DNA of 51,224 bases from assembly GCA_021432655.1 (NCBI GenBank), contig MU271514.1, forward strand, positions 1 through 51,224. The letters run 5' to 3'. A model generated the notes under the pieces. That model searched no databases, was not told where the DNA came from, and saw nothing but the letters and a program-made list of their open reading frames with translations. A program made the translations under genes and the position numbers. Of the stretch, positions 25,030 to 36,397 are shown one piece after another (position 1 is the stretch's first letter; the number at the start of each line of letters is the position of its first letter). This DNA comes from Atractiella rhizophila. Taxonomy: Eukaryota.

Positions 25030-26932
25030 TCAAACTTCACCCCAAACATCCCTTGCCGTCTCCACCACCAACTTGAGTTTCTTCTCCATATCATCGGCCG
25101 TCACCTTGTTACCATCCGAATGACTTGCAAATCCACACTGAGGAGAAATCGAGATCCTCTTCATCGCTTCTTCGACCGTACAGTTTCCTCCCTTCGCGAT
25201 CAATTGGGCAGCTTGATTGATCTTCACTTTCAATTCCTCTTTGTCTTCGAGCTGAGGAAGCTTAGAAGAGATGAGACCGAGGACGATATTTTTGTTGGCC
25301 GGGACAAAGGAAAGAGGCTTTACACAGGTATTGGGTTGTCAGCTGGCAGAGAGGACACGGAAGGAATGGACAAACAGCAAATGTTCCCGCGCGTTCCGTG
25401 TCATATTCCAAATAGTAGGTGTCAACATCGACTTCATTGAAGAGCCGTTGAGCAATAACGTCGTATCCACCCTCTGATCAACCCATGAACATTTAATCAG
25501 CAGCCAATAAATGTAAGCAAAACAGCACCTGAGAAGTGTACCCCTCCTTTGAAGTTACCTCTGCACAGATGAAGACCAACGTGCAAATCCCTAGGTCGAT
25601 TCTTGAGGACATCTACACGATCAGTGAATATAGCTTTCACATTGGGAGATAAGTGCATCGAACCAATGTACAGATTGAGATATTTGGTAAGTTCCTTCTC
25701 GGAATCAATTCCAGCTTCCTTCATCCCATCGAGCATACTTTGCGCGCACTAAATTTCGCCACTGTCCTGAGCGTTCACTCTCGTGAGATGAAATAAAAAC
25801 GCACAAAGTAAGCCAGGAGAGGGTCATCGAACTGAACATTCCTACATCCAGCCTCGTAGAGAGCCTTCAACTCTTGTTGATAGGCAATGGCAATATCGGC
25901 GAAGTACTCCTCGTCAGTCTTGTATACAGACTTATCGTAGGCGTTTTCTCCGTGTCGAAGATGATACCACTGTCGCAAACACCGACGTTTGTTAAGTCAT
26001 TTCCCATACTTCACAGTTGGGAAAACTTACCTCAGGAGCAGCCAACGTGATCTTAACATTCTTTACTTCCTCTGGAGGGACGCAAGACGCCGTATACTTG
26101 AATTCGGGGACATACATGTCCTTCTCCCTCTTCAACTTACCCTCGCAAAGGTAAGTCTCGCCTCCTCGAAATCCTTTCGCGACGAAGGCGGCAACGTCCG
26201 GTACATAGAGTTTGAAGATTTCGAATGGTGGGTCTTTCACAAATTTCATACCAGTGAGATTGTCAAAGAAGCCGTCGTAGAACATATGCTGCAAAATTTA
26301 TTAGTCAACTTTTGAGCCAGACGCGAAAAGTTATAGCTGCTAAAGTTGTTGTAATGCACATCCTGGATTAATTCTAGGAGAAAAGTTTATGACTCCTCTA
26401 AGCGGCTCTTCGGTAAAATATTTCACGAAGTGGGGCCAAAGAGTGTTGAAAGACTGACAAGTGCCAACAGCATCAGACAAGGCAACATCCAAGCTGTCGC
26501 GACACGTCAACCTACAGAAACAAACTATACCGCAATAGCGTGGGAGGACATCCAATTTAACCTCAGGAAAGGTTCAAGGTCACAACCAGGTCCCTGGCAC
26601 GCTCGCCAGAACCAATACCTCGTTTACTTGGACATTATTACGTTACCTGATTCGAAGACCTTAAAGTAGCTAAACTCAACTATCGAATTAAACGATCGCG
26701 AGCTCCAAGGTCGATTCTTTCGCCAACCGCATCGGTAAATAAGACTCACCCTCGAGTACTCCCCATCAGTGACAGCCTTAAATCCCAAAGACCGCTGCAT
26801 GTCCACGCTTTTCTTGATTTCCCTCTTCTGGACCTCCTTCAATTTCGCGGGATCCTCTCCACTTCGCAAGAGCTGGAGCAACTCATCAGGACGGAGGAGG
26901 GATCCTAGGTGCTCAGCGTGGAAGGGTGGCAT
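25030..26932 (-). CDS. Cobalamin-independent methionine synthase catalytic-domain-only protein (UROD/MetE-like, YxjG type)
   Basis: AEHLGSLLRP, AVTDGEYSR, GCRNVQFDDP, Zn ligands LHLCRGN / LEYD / ISPQCGFAS. First intron 26289-26749. Confidence 0.92.
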
Positions 26933-27112
26933 GATTGATCAAACTGAAAGTAAGCGCTGATGGGGCGCTGATGGGAGGTGATGGAAGTTAGTGCTTTGAG
27001 GAGGAGAATTTGAAGATCGAGGGGGAGAACAAGGACAACAAGCAGATCAGGGTTAGGGCCTTTATCATTCTTCTTGCAAGCAACAAACCAGAACAAACGA
27101 CGATTTGCCACA

Positions 27113-28445
27113 ATGTCTGATCGGGAAGCACCTGAAATCCCTACTAAGCGCATTCTGACACCCGAGCATCTGAAGTACTTTTTGGGATCCAACTCCTATC
27201 GGCAGTTGGAAGGGTTTCTGAAAGAGCTAAATGATGCTGTTCAAGGTGTGTCGCTGAAGCAGAGCGAGGATGAGAAAAAGGAAGGCGTAACTTCCGCTGT
27301 GAGCTTCCCTTTAGTTGGTTGAAGCATCAGCGTTGAGACAGACCGTAGACTGTAAATGCTGTCCTGGATATCTTGGACAATATCCGAGCACTTGCAGAAT
27401 CTATTCCCCCAATCCCAAATCTCAAGTCGCGTTTCGGTAATCCAGCATTTCGTGACTTCCACGCAGCCCTCGTAGCCGTAAGCTTCATCTGCTCAGTGCC
27501 GTAGTGATCTGAGTATAGGGTAGAAATCACCATCCCTCCATGCTTCTCTCCCCAACTTCCCAAGCGAGTACGAGCCAGAGTTGGCGCGATATCTCACCAC
27601 TTCTTTTGGTAACGAGGAGCGTATAGACTATGGCAGCGGGATGGAGATCAACTTCCTCCTCTGGTTGTGCGTCTCTCCCTTAGTCGCCCTTTCCTTAACA
27701 CACCTCATATCTTCAATAGGTACGGCTTACGCCACCTCGGTCTCTTGTCCAACTCGAAAGAGGAATCTTCCCACCTTGTCAATCTGGTCTTTCAGCACTA
27801 CCTCGAACTCATGCGCTACCTTCAAAAGACCTACTGGCTCGAGCCTGCAGGCTCGCAAGGAGCTTTTGGATTAGACGATTACCAAGTGCTTCCTTTCTTA
27901 TTCGGGTCATCGCAACTCATTGGTCAGTGCCCTTTCTCGCACATGGAAGTCAAGGCTTATTAATACGGTTCTCTCGGGTAGGACACAAATACATCAGCCC
28001 AAAATCAGTCCGCGACAGCGACCTCGTCAACGAATACGGAAACCAATACATGTACCTCGGTTGCATTGCCTTCATCAACTCCATCAAGACCGGTGCGACA
28101 CTACGATGGCACTCTCCCTTACTTGACGATCTGACAGCGGTCCGAAATTGGACCAAGTTGAACGCAGGAATGCAGAAGCTGCACAACGAACAGGTGCTTG
28201 GGAAACTTCCCGTCGCCCAGCACTTCTTCTTTGGGAGTATATGGAAGTGGGATGGACCGGAGGAGCTTGATTTAAGGGCAGAAGAGGAAGAGCAGAGCGG
28301 TCATGCTCATCATCATCATGAGGCGGAGGGATTGGGCGATTGTTGTGGCATTCGAGTACCTGCTGCTTTTGCGGAGAGAGAGAAAATCGAAGTACAGGGT
28401 GTGGGAGTTCCAGGTGGAAAAATTAGACGGGTACCATTCGATTAA
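27113..28445 (+). CDS. RRD2: Phosphotyrosyl phosphatase activator (PP2A activator), Rrd2-like
   Basis: SRFGNPAFRDF, SFGNEERIDYGSG, YWLEPAGS.G.FGLDDY, VLGKLPVAQHFFFG, and a C-terminal GDCCGIRVP...RRVPFD. Confidence 0.88.
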
Positions 28446-28892
28446 AAGGGCCCAAGATCCTGCCTTTAAAATGTGTACTTCTAGACTACTCTCGCCTTGT
28501 CCAATATTATATTACATGTGTGACAAACATAATGACTGATGCAGTCTTACAGCGTTGCTACATTTACGTTGCTCCACTCGTCACCGAAGACACGTCAATA
28601 ACCAAATAATTTATGGGTATTTCTCAAAGGGGTTAAGAAGACGGCGCGTCCAAAGTCGATAGTCACGTGAGGTTATTGTGTTTGTGTACGTTTGTCGCGG
28701 CCGATCTTGGCTCAAGACGACCAACATTCTCTCTCCCGCTCTTTGAGAACTTCTGGGCTCCCATCTCCCTTCTTTCTCAGGCTAGATTGGTCTCTTTCAC
28801 GAACGCACGACTCAACGATCTTAAACGACAACCAACGACTATTTACAACACGACCGATAATCAACATAACCCCTATACTCAACAAGTCAGAA

Positions 28893-31235
28893 ATGTCACT
28901 CTCAGTATCAGGACCAACCGTCCTCTGGATATCTCTCCCATGTCTCCTGTTCTCTATCCTGCTGGCTGTACAAGGCGAAGGAATCATTCTCAAGCGTCCC
29001 GATGGAGACTTTGGGCTCAGGGAGTGGATTGGAGCTGTTACGATCGGCATTGGTGGTGTTGGAATTGGAAGCGTTCTTACAACCAATGCTATTAGCGGTG
29101 TAAGTCTATCCCTATTTCTTTTGGGCTAGTCTGGCAGTATTAGATTGGCATTTTGACTTGCCTGGTCTACGTTAAGCATCCTATTATTCACCTTAGAGAG
29201 AAGAGTCTCTGAAACACCATCCTATTTTCCTGGTGCTCCTCCTATATAATCCGCACTACTGTCTTTCAATCTTCATAACATCAGCGGACCTGAAGGAATG
29301 CTTGTGTCAGTGATGGCGTATCAAGTTAAAATAGAGTATCTTAGAATCTTATGTTTAAGGCTAAACACAAGCCAAACCACTACTGCCGTTATCGCTTTTT
29401 GACTGTTAAGCTCGACAGCATAAAACTTTGATTATTTAATTCTATCCTTGCTATACAAACCGAAGGAGGAACAAGAACTGATCTCAGGCATTGTGCAGTC
29501 ACTCAAATACGCCAGTACACCACTGCCCTTCCTCATCACTCTCCTCTTCCTAATCCCCTCATTCGTCCTCTCCCTCTTTTCCCTCATCCTCATCTTCCTC
29601 CGCACATCCATTCCTTCCGCACAATCACGATGCACAATTGGGTTAGACATCGCCTGGGTCTGGGGAGGAGGGAATGTGATCTGTCTTGACGGCGAAGGAT
29701 CAAGGACCGGATGGATCGTGCTCAGTGCGGTGAAGTGTTTATTTGTCGCCATTGTAGGTGGCCTTTGGAGCGGAATGGTCTGGGAGAGGCGGGCAGATGC
29801 GATGTTGGAGATGCAGGTGAAAGAAGCGGAAGCTGGATATGCCGTTGATGATGAGAAAGGTTTGTTTGTTTTATTTATATCGTCCTTTCACTTTCTCAAG
29901 TGAAAAATAGCTTCTTTCGCGTCCGCGAGGAGAAAGGATGCATCTCTGGAATCGTTAAAGGCGCTGCAAAAGACGTACAATCATCATTCCCACTTCTTGA
30001 CTCAGAAGGACGTCTCTGTGCTCGCATCACATTTCCAGAACACTCCCATTCACCCCAACAACGACTTTGACGCTCCCCTACCGACGAGTCCGCGTGCTTC
30101 CGCTCTCAAGTTTGGTTTCAATTACACTCCTATCGTCTTTAACCCCTACGAGGAGAAAGAGAAAGAGAAGGCATCCTCAAATGATCATGACAACGATCGC
30201 TACAGCACCTATGATTCCGTGCACGAGCGAATCCCGTCCGACGTCCATGATCTGAGAGAGGTGGAGAGGGAGTTGAATGATCAGCCGCCACAACTACCGC
30301 CGATTCAGGTGATGCAGCAACAACAAGGTTTCGCTGGATGGTTGTGGCAGTCCTTATTCCAACAACCTGCCGCAGGTCATCCATTACTCCAAGACCAAGA
30401 TCAGAACGAGGAGCCTTCTGGCCGACATGAGGGCGAACTCGTCACCTCCCCTATCCTTTCCCCCACCGTAGACCAGGATCTCGTCTACTCACCTAAAGAT
30501 GAAGGGGATTACGATCTCCCACGGACGCCACGAAAGAGCTATACTCCACTACCGAATCCCCATGATCCGCCAGTTACACCTCCAGCTCAACCAGCTCAGG
30601 AACCAACAGCGTACGATAGCTACGATGAGCGGGTGGATCGGGCGCCGCGTTCACTCTCCCGGAAAGGGAGTCGACAGTTCTCCGACCCTGGGAAAGAGAA
30701 GGAGAAGGCCAGTTCGAAGCCAGAGGGGACCGTAGCGGGGACACCGTATAATGAGCTCCCCCCTCCCGACTTCCCGCCTGTCGTGTCAGAACGGCATCGA
30801 AGGTCAACTCTCGGTGATCATGAAGTCACCCCTTCACCAGAGGCTGCGAAACCGAAGGTGTTTGTGTCGATGTTCAATGGAGGTTCCCCGGTGAGAAAGC
30901 TGTCGACCATCCAAAGCCTGGCGAGCGAGAGTACCGCGTCTGTACCACCAAAACATGCTCATACTCCGTCGTCTCGCAGTTCATCAGGAGGGATGCACTG
31001 GAGCACAACCTCTCAATCCCAGCATTCGATGAGTGAAAGCGTGCGGGAAGAATTTGAGAGCGTTGTTGGGCGGGTGAAGAGACAGAAGATGGCATTGGAT
31101 GAAGCTGCAAAGCGCGAAGCAGAGGAGAAGCGGACAGAGAGAGAGCTTTTGGAGAGGAGGGAGAAGAGGAAGAGCACGGGTGCTTGGAGCCAAAGGAGTG
31201 GAAGCGGTGGGAGTATGAAGGGAGAACGATCGTAA
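28893..31235 (+). CDS. Hypothetical membrane protein: N-terminal TM helices plus long disordered Pro/Ser-rich tail
   Basis: Hydrophobic exons 28893-29099 and ~29499-29858, and a 412-aa ORF ending 31235; long first intron ~29100-29498. Confidence 0.65.
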
Positions 31236-31684
31236 TGCTACTTGCATTTGCTTAAATGTTGGAGGGAGGGCGGACGCTGAGCTTCTTATTTATTTCTTGT
31301 GTCACGACTTGCGACGACTTCTGCTTCCACTGGAACATTTTGTGAATTTTCTCTGTTGTCATTACCTTTCCTCGCTACACCTGATGTGCACGAGCTTGTA
31401 TGCACTTCTTTGTTTGCCTCACCTGTGCCCTACCGGTGGAGTCTGAACCTGAAGTATAAGCCGATTTCGAGCTCTGTGTGCCTGAAGAAGATATTACCTT
31501 GAGACTGTAATGGGTACTGACTATGTTCGTGCGTAAAATTCTCTGCATAACGAACTTACATCTCCTCTACAAGACTATACCAGTACACATGACTAGCTAT
31601 ATCATCCTGCAGCTGGTCCAACGGTTCAATACGCGGCATAGGACGCTTCTTTCTTTCCTCCAGCCCATCTACCTCACGATCAGT

Positions 31685-33290
31685 TCAGTTCGGCAGCAGA
31701 CCTTTCACCAGGATTGCATACCTCTCCCCGACGATCTTGATATTCTTGGTGGCTTGGTCGATCGCTACTGGAATCAGAAAAGGATGTCGATAAAAGGTGA
31801 AACATACCTCCAAATTCCTCAGCCGTCAAAAGGACGTCATTTGCACCCATGTTGTCTTCAAGCCACTTTTCCTGTTTCGTTCCAGGGATGGCAAAGAAGT
31901 CATCTCCCTGGGCTATGATCCAAGCAAGCTGGTGCCGCCGCGTGATTGGTTTGTGTGGTCATCAAGGAGTGGAAGTCACGAACAGCCAATTGAGCAGGCG
32001 TGCAGCCTTTCTTCTGAGCAATAGATTTCAAGACTTCGACGAGTTTGAGGTTCTGTAGTATTCTCAACCAGCTCTCGTTTGCACCCCCGGAAGATGATTC
32101 AATGACACCGCACTTCGTAGAAGGCATTTCCCTGAAATCGAGGATATTTTTTCCTGCTATCATCATCAGGAAGATCTTCGGGTTTTTGGAAAGCGCCGGT
32201 TAGAAATCCTTGAACCATCAAGCCATTCAATGAGTTTGATAGACCGAGAATTTTAAAAATGGTCACCTCTTCCTAGTGGTCTGTCGACTTGGTCACCTCT
32301 TCCTAGTGGTCTGTCGACTTGGCGTTAGAATTGCCGTTTTCAGGCAGAAAGCAGCCAGGCAGGCTTACGAGTAAGCGACCAACGCGATCCCTAGCTCCCT
32401 ACATGTATCGATGATTCCATGTTCTTCCGCCGACCTCTCCCATGCTGAGAACTAGGCATCATCGCCGTCAAATAAACTGTTTGAATAAATGTAAACTGGT
32501 AGCGGCGGACAGACCTCCAGTTGATACGCCGACAAAGGGATGATTGCATGAGCTCTTCTTACTTCTTCTGGTGTCGCCTCGCTGATGCCGAGATATTTGA
32601 CCTTTCCTTCCTTCTTCAACTCCGAAAGAGCCTTCCACGTCTCCTCGATGGGAACTGTGCGGTCAACCTAGCAACAAAAAGTACTCCTGAGGTATTTCCA
32701 AGAGGAACCAAAAGAGGCTAGACCTACTCTGTGTTGATAGTACAAGTCGATATAATCTACTTGAAGTCTTTTCAAGCTCGCGTTACAAGCTTCCCTCACG
32801 TAAGCATAGTCTCCCCTGATCCTAGGTCTACCGTCAGTTATCGTTCCTCCGAATTTCGTCCTTCAACAACAACTAGTCAGCATCTAAAATCCAAGCAGAC
32901 ACAAGGACGTAGCAAAAGGGAGACCTACGCAAGGAACACTTTCGCTCGCACCTCTGGATCCTTCAACACGGTCCCTAAAAGCTCTTCGTTCTTGCCATTT
33001 GCGTAAACATCAGAAGTATCCCAATGGATTGCTCCAGCTTTCAGAGCCTTTCATCGTCCCGCCGTCATCATGGTCAGTGCAGCCACTTCGTCGCAAGATC
33101 GATAGCTCACCTTCATCAGCACGGCTTGGCCTTGTTCCAGAGAAGGGATGGGACCATAGTAGTCTCCTAAAGCCATGCATCCCAAACCAAGTGCCGGAAC
33201 TAACTTCAAGTTCAGAATCGAATGAGAGAGAAGACAAAGCGTACTTTTTGGTCCGTTCTTCCCAAGGGTGTGAAGATTCTTGAGCGTCAT
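31685..33290 (-). CDS. Aldo-keto reductase (YakC/AKR13-like), spliced
   Basis: [83 protein letters not shown]. The frame can be completed to ...KGLLPN*. Confidence 0.9.
32261..32320. repeat. Perfect 30-bp tandem duplication spanning an AKR micro-exon
   Basis: ggtcacctcttcctagtggtctgtcgactt x2. Confidence 0.95.
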
Positions 33291-33936
33291 TCCACCAGTC
33301 GAATTAGAGAGTAGGCAACCAGACTGTGCATCCATTATGCCTTCATTCATAAATACACCATGACGGCCCGCAATAAACCCTGTCTCTCCAATGATGAGAA
33401 ACACGGACAGGTAAACGTCAGCACAAAGATATAATCGTCGACAAACAAAAGAAGAGAGCGGAATATGAAGTTGCGAAAACAGGACGTTCACTCAAAAACC
33501 TCCGAATCTGGTCAGCATTGATGACTTCTTCACTTCAAGTTGTTTATTCAGAGTTCAGCACATTCGCGGGCCTTGGTGGCCTCATGGGAAAATGTGCTCC
33601 GTGTTGACGGGGCATTGGCACGTCATTTTGTCAGCGGGAATCAGAGGCCCGCTGTTACATTAAATTTGTAGATACGGCTCGTTTCTTCCGAGCAGCGGCT
33701 CTTTTGCAGTAGCTGGAAGATGAACATACGTCACAGTAGACACCACATTCTCTTTCCATCAGGTTTTCAATGTGCACATCACATCTTAACGGGCCTTTAA
33801 AGCCATCGTCGTTTCCCACAAACTCTGTCGCAAAGTTGTCTATGTTGAAAACACTTGCTTTGACACTGTAACGCGAACAAGAAAATCGACACTACACTCT
33901 CAGCGTCGTACGTAATCTCAAAACCACAACATATCC

Positions 33937-35664
33937 ATGTCTTCTTCCACAGCTACCTTCCCATCCACAGAGCGTATATCTAGCTCCCTGATACAGGCCT
34001 CCCGCGATTTTACGCCCCCGACTGTCCGTGAAATCCTGCCAATCGATATCACAGCGCTTTCATTTTTGAGACTTGTTTCACGCAACTTCCCATTTGTGAT
34101 CAGAGGATACCTGAACACTGGGATCGATGAGGGTTTGATCAATTTGGGAAAATGGGATGAAAAGTACCTGGCGGGTACGGTAAGCGATCAGGTGGAGGTA
34201 GCTGTTACGCCTGATGGGTGAGTGTATTGAAGTCAATGGTCACAGTGAAAGGAATGCATTGGAGTTGCTCGAATCTGAATACATATCTTGATTATTACGA
34301 GATCTACATGTTTCTGGAGCAGTAGAAAGCGGAATACAGATGTTCATCATTGGAGATTGCGCGACCTGAATGAGCGAGTCCAGTGTAATTAGTTAATGAC
34401 TGTGCCAATGTCGCTCCTCGATTTGCGTTCCACATCATGACACTTGTCCCTTGTCCATTCCTTGCTCATTGTGAATCCGTGCCAAGTCGTGATTCGTGAA
34501 ACTAGACTGTGCAGAGGAGAGGCTTAGAGTGGCCTCCTCATGCTGTTTGAAGGTTGAGGCCATTGAGCGCCATTGATCCTTTTCCTAGCCTTATGAAAAC
34601 CTGTTGAATTCATGTCTACCACAAAGCTGCTCAATTACCTCGTCACTGAAAGTGCCAACACAACATTCTTCATCGTTGATCTCCGGAGCGCACTTTCCCT
34701 CTACAGTCACATTCAGCTCATTCTTCATCATCGTTCAAGTAATAAAACTGATCTATTCCTGTAAGATGGGCAGATTCCATCCATACCACCGCCAACGAGA
34801 CGCAATACTTCGTCGAGCCTGCTACTACAAAGATGACGCTCTCCATGCTCTTTGCGCAGCTAAATCAAGATCCACCCTCGTCAGACTCTCCGGTCCATTA
34901 CCTCCAATCCCAAGATTCCAATTTGACCCGTGAGGTGGCGTTCAAGCCGCTTTTTGAAGATCTGAAAGGATCTATAGCTTGGGCAAGGGACGCGTTTGGT
35001 GGGTAAACTCCCTTTTCGCACAATGTGGTCGTGGCATGACTGGTGATGTGGCTGACATGCGGTGAGACAGATGCAGAGCCAGAGGCGACAAATTTGTGGA
35101 TTGGGAACGAACGGAGTACGAGTGCACTACACTCTGGTTAGTTCGACTCGCACCTCTCTACCTCTCTTTGACGATAATGAAGTAGATCCGTATGAGAATC
35201 TGTATCTCGTCGTAAAGGGAATGAAACGCTTTACCCTCTTTCCTCCCCTTGAGTATATTAATCTCAACGGTTCGTCCCTCCTCCCTCAAAGGTCAGAAGC
35301 GAACGTTGCTCATCTTGAGTCAAATGAAGAATCAATTTATCAGACCGCACGCTGGTCGTTCAACCCACCTTCTACTTTCACACTCGTTCCTTCTTCCCCT
35401 CCAATTACAGTCCCATGGATATCTCGTCTTTCTTCCGACATCAGCTGGAACTCAATCAATCCTCAACCTTATACTGTGGAAGTGAAAGAGGGAGACCTTC
35501 TCTACCTTCCAGCTGCGTGGTTTCACGAAGTAGAACAGAGGGGAGTCACGATCGCGGTCAATTGGTGGTTTGAGGCGGATTGGGCGGGAAAGGGAATGAC
35601 GATGAGAGATGTAGGGAGAGCGTTGGCTGGGAGGATGCAGGAGGAAGAGGAAGAGAGTTCGTGA
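33937..35664 (+). CDS. JmjC (cupin_8) oxygenase, JMJD7-like
   Basis: FLRLVSRNFPFVIRG, VEVAVTPDG|WADS, YFVEP, YLQSQDSNL, NLWIGN..STSALH.DPYENLY, GDLLYLPAAWFHEVEQ, IAVNWWF. First intron 34218-34765. Confidence 0.9.
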
Positions 35665-36397
35665 CCGATGGTTTGAGGCGATATTGTGGTTAGATTCATG
35701 AAAAGATAGCTGTGCCGCCGTAACAAAGCAACATAACTGCTAGATTTTATATAATGCAGCTTTATGATAAAGGTAGTTTCGTGAAGTGCAGGTGCGATAA
35801 TCCAGCCAATCCTAAATGTTCATTTAAGAGTAACGTCTACAACTAGCAAGGATTGATAACGTGCTCGTAAATGTCTATATCGGTGTCATGAAAATGGAAT
35901 GCTTTTATTTCATTTCAGAAGACAGGACGGTTAGTAAAATAACTTTGTCACGTCTAGATCTCGAGTTCGCATAGGTGTTCACTAAGCCTTGAGGTTCTCA
36001 AGAATGTACAGCACTTGCATTTCCCTTCTCCTTTCCTGCGCTAAAGCGAGCCTTGCAATCACACCAATTTCGATGATTTGCTGAATCGAGTGCTCAGTTT
36101 CTGAAGTGAAAGGCATAAAGGCGCGTTTGGTTGACAAATCATATGTAATGATTGATTGGGAACCTGACTGGGTTTGCATTTGTAGTATGACTCAAGTTCT
36201 CTCAGCTTTCGTTGTTGTCGCCGCAGGTTTTCTTCCGTTTCGCGTTGGCACAAGGTCCACATAATTGTAGCGTTGTTTTAAATCAGTACGCTGCTTCTGT
36301 GCTTAGAATTCCTCTCGCACTTTGCGAACCAACCCCTCAGGCGGGTACTCCACTCCCGTCTAAACCACCATCGAATTTCTTATTAGTCACAAGCATT

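Noticed and set aside
31685..33290. Aldo-keto reductase as a pseudogene
   Set aside because: The fragments join into a continuous frame through short introns.
34218..34765. Box C/D snoRNA in the JMJD7-like intron
   Set aside because: ATGATGA boxes occur only antisense to the host gene and lack convincing D boxes or terminal stems.
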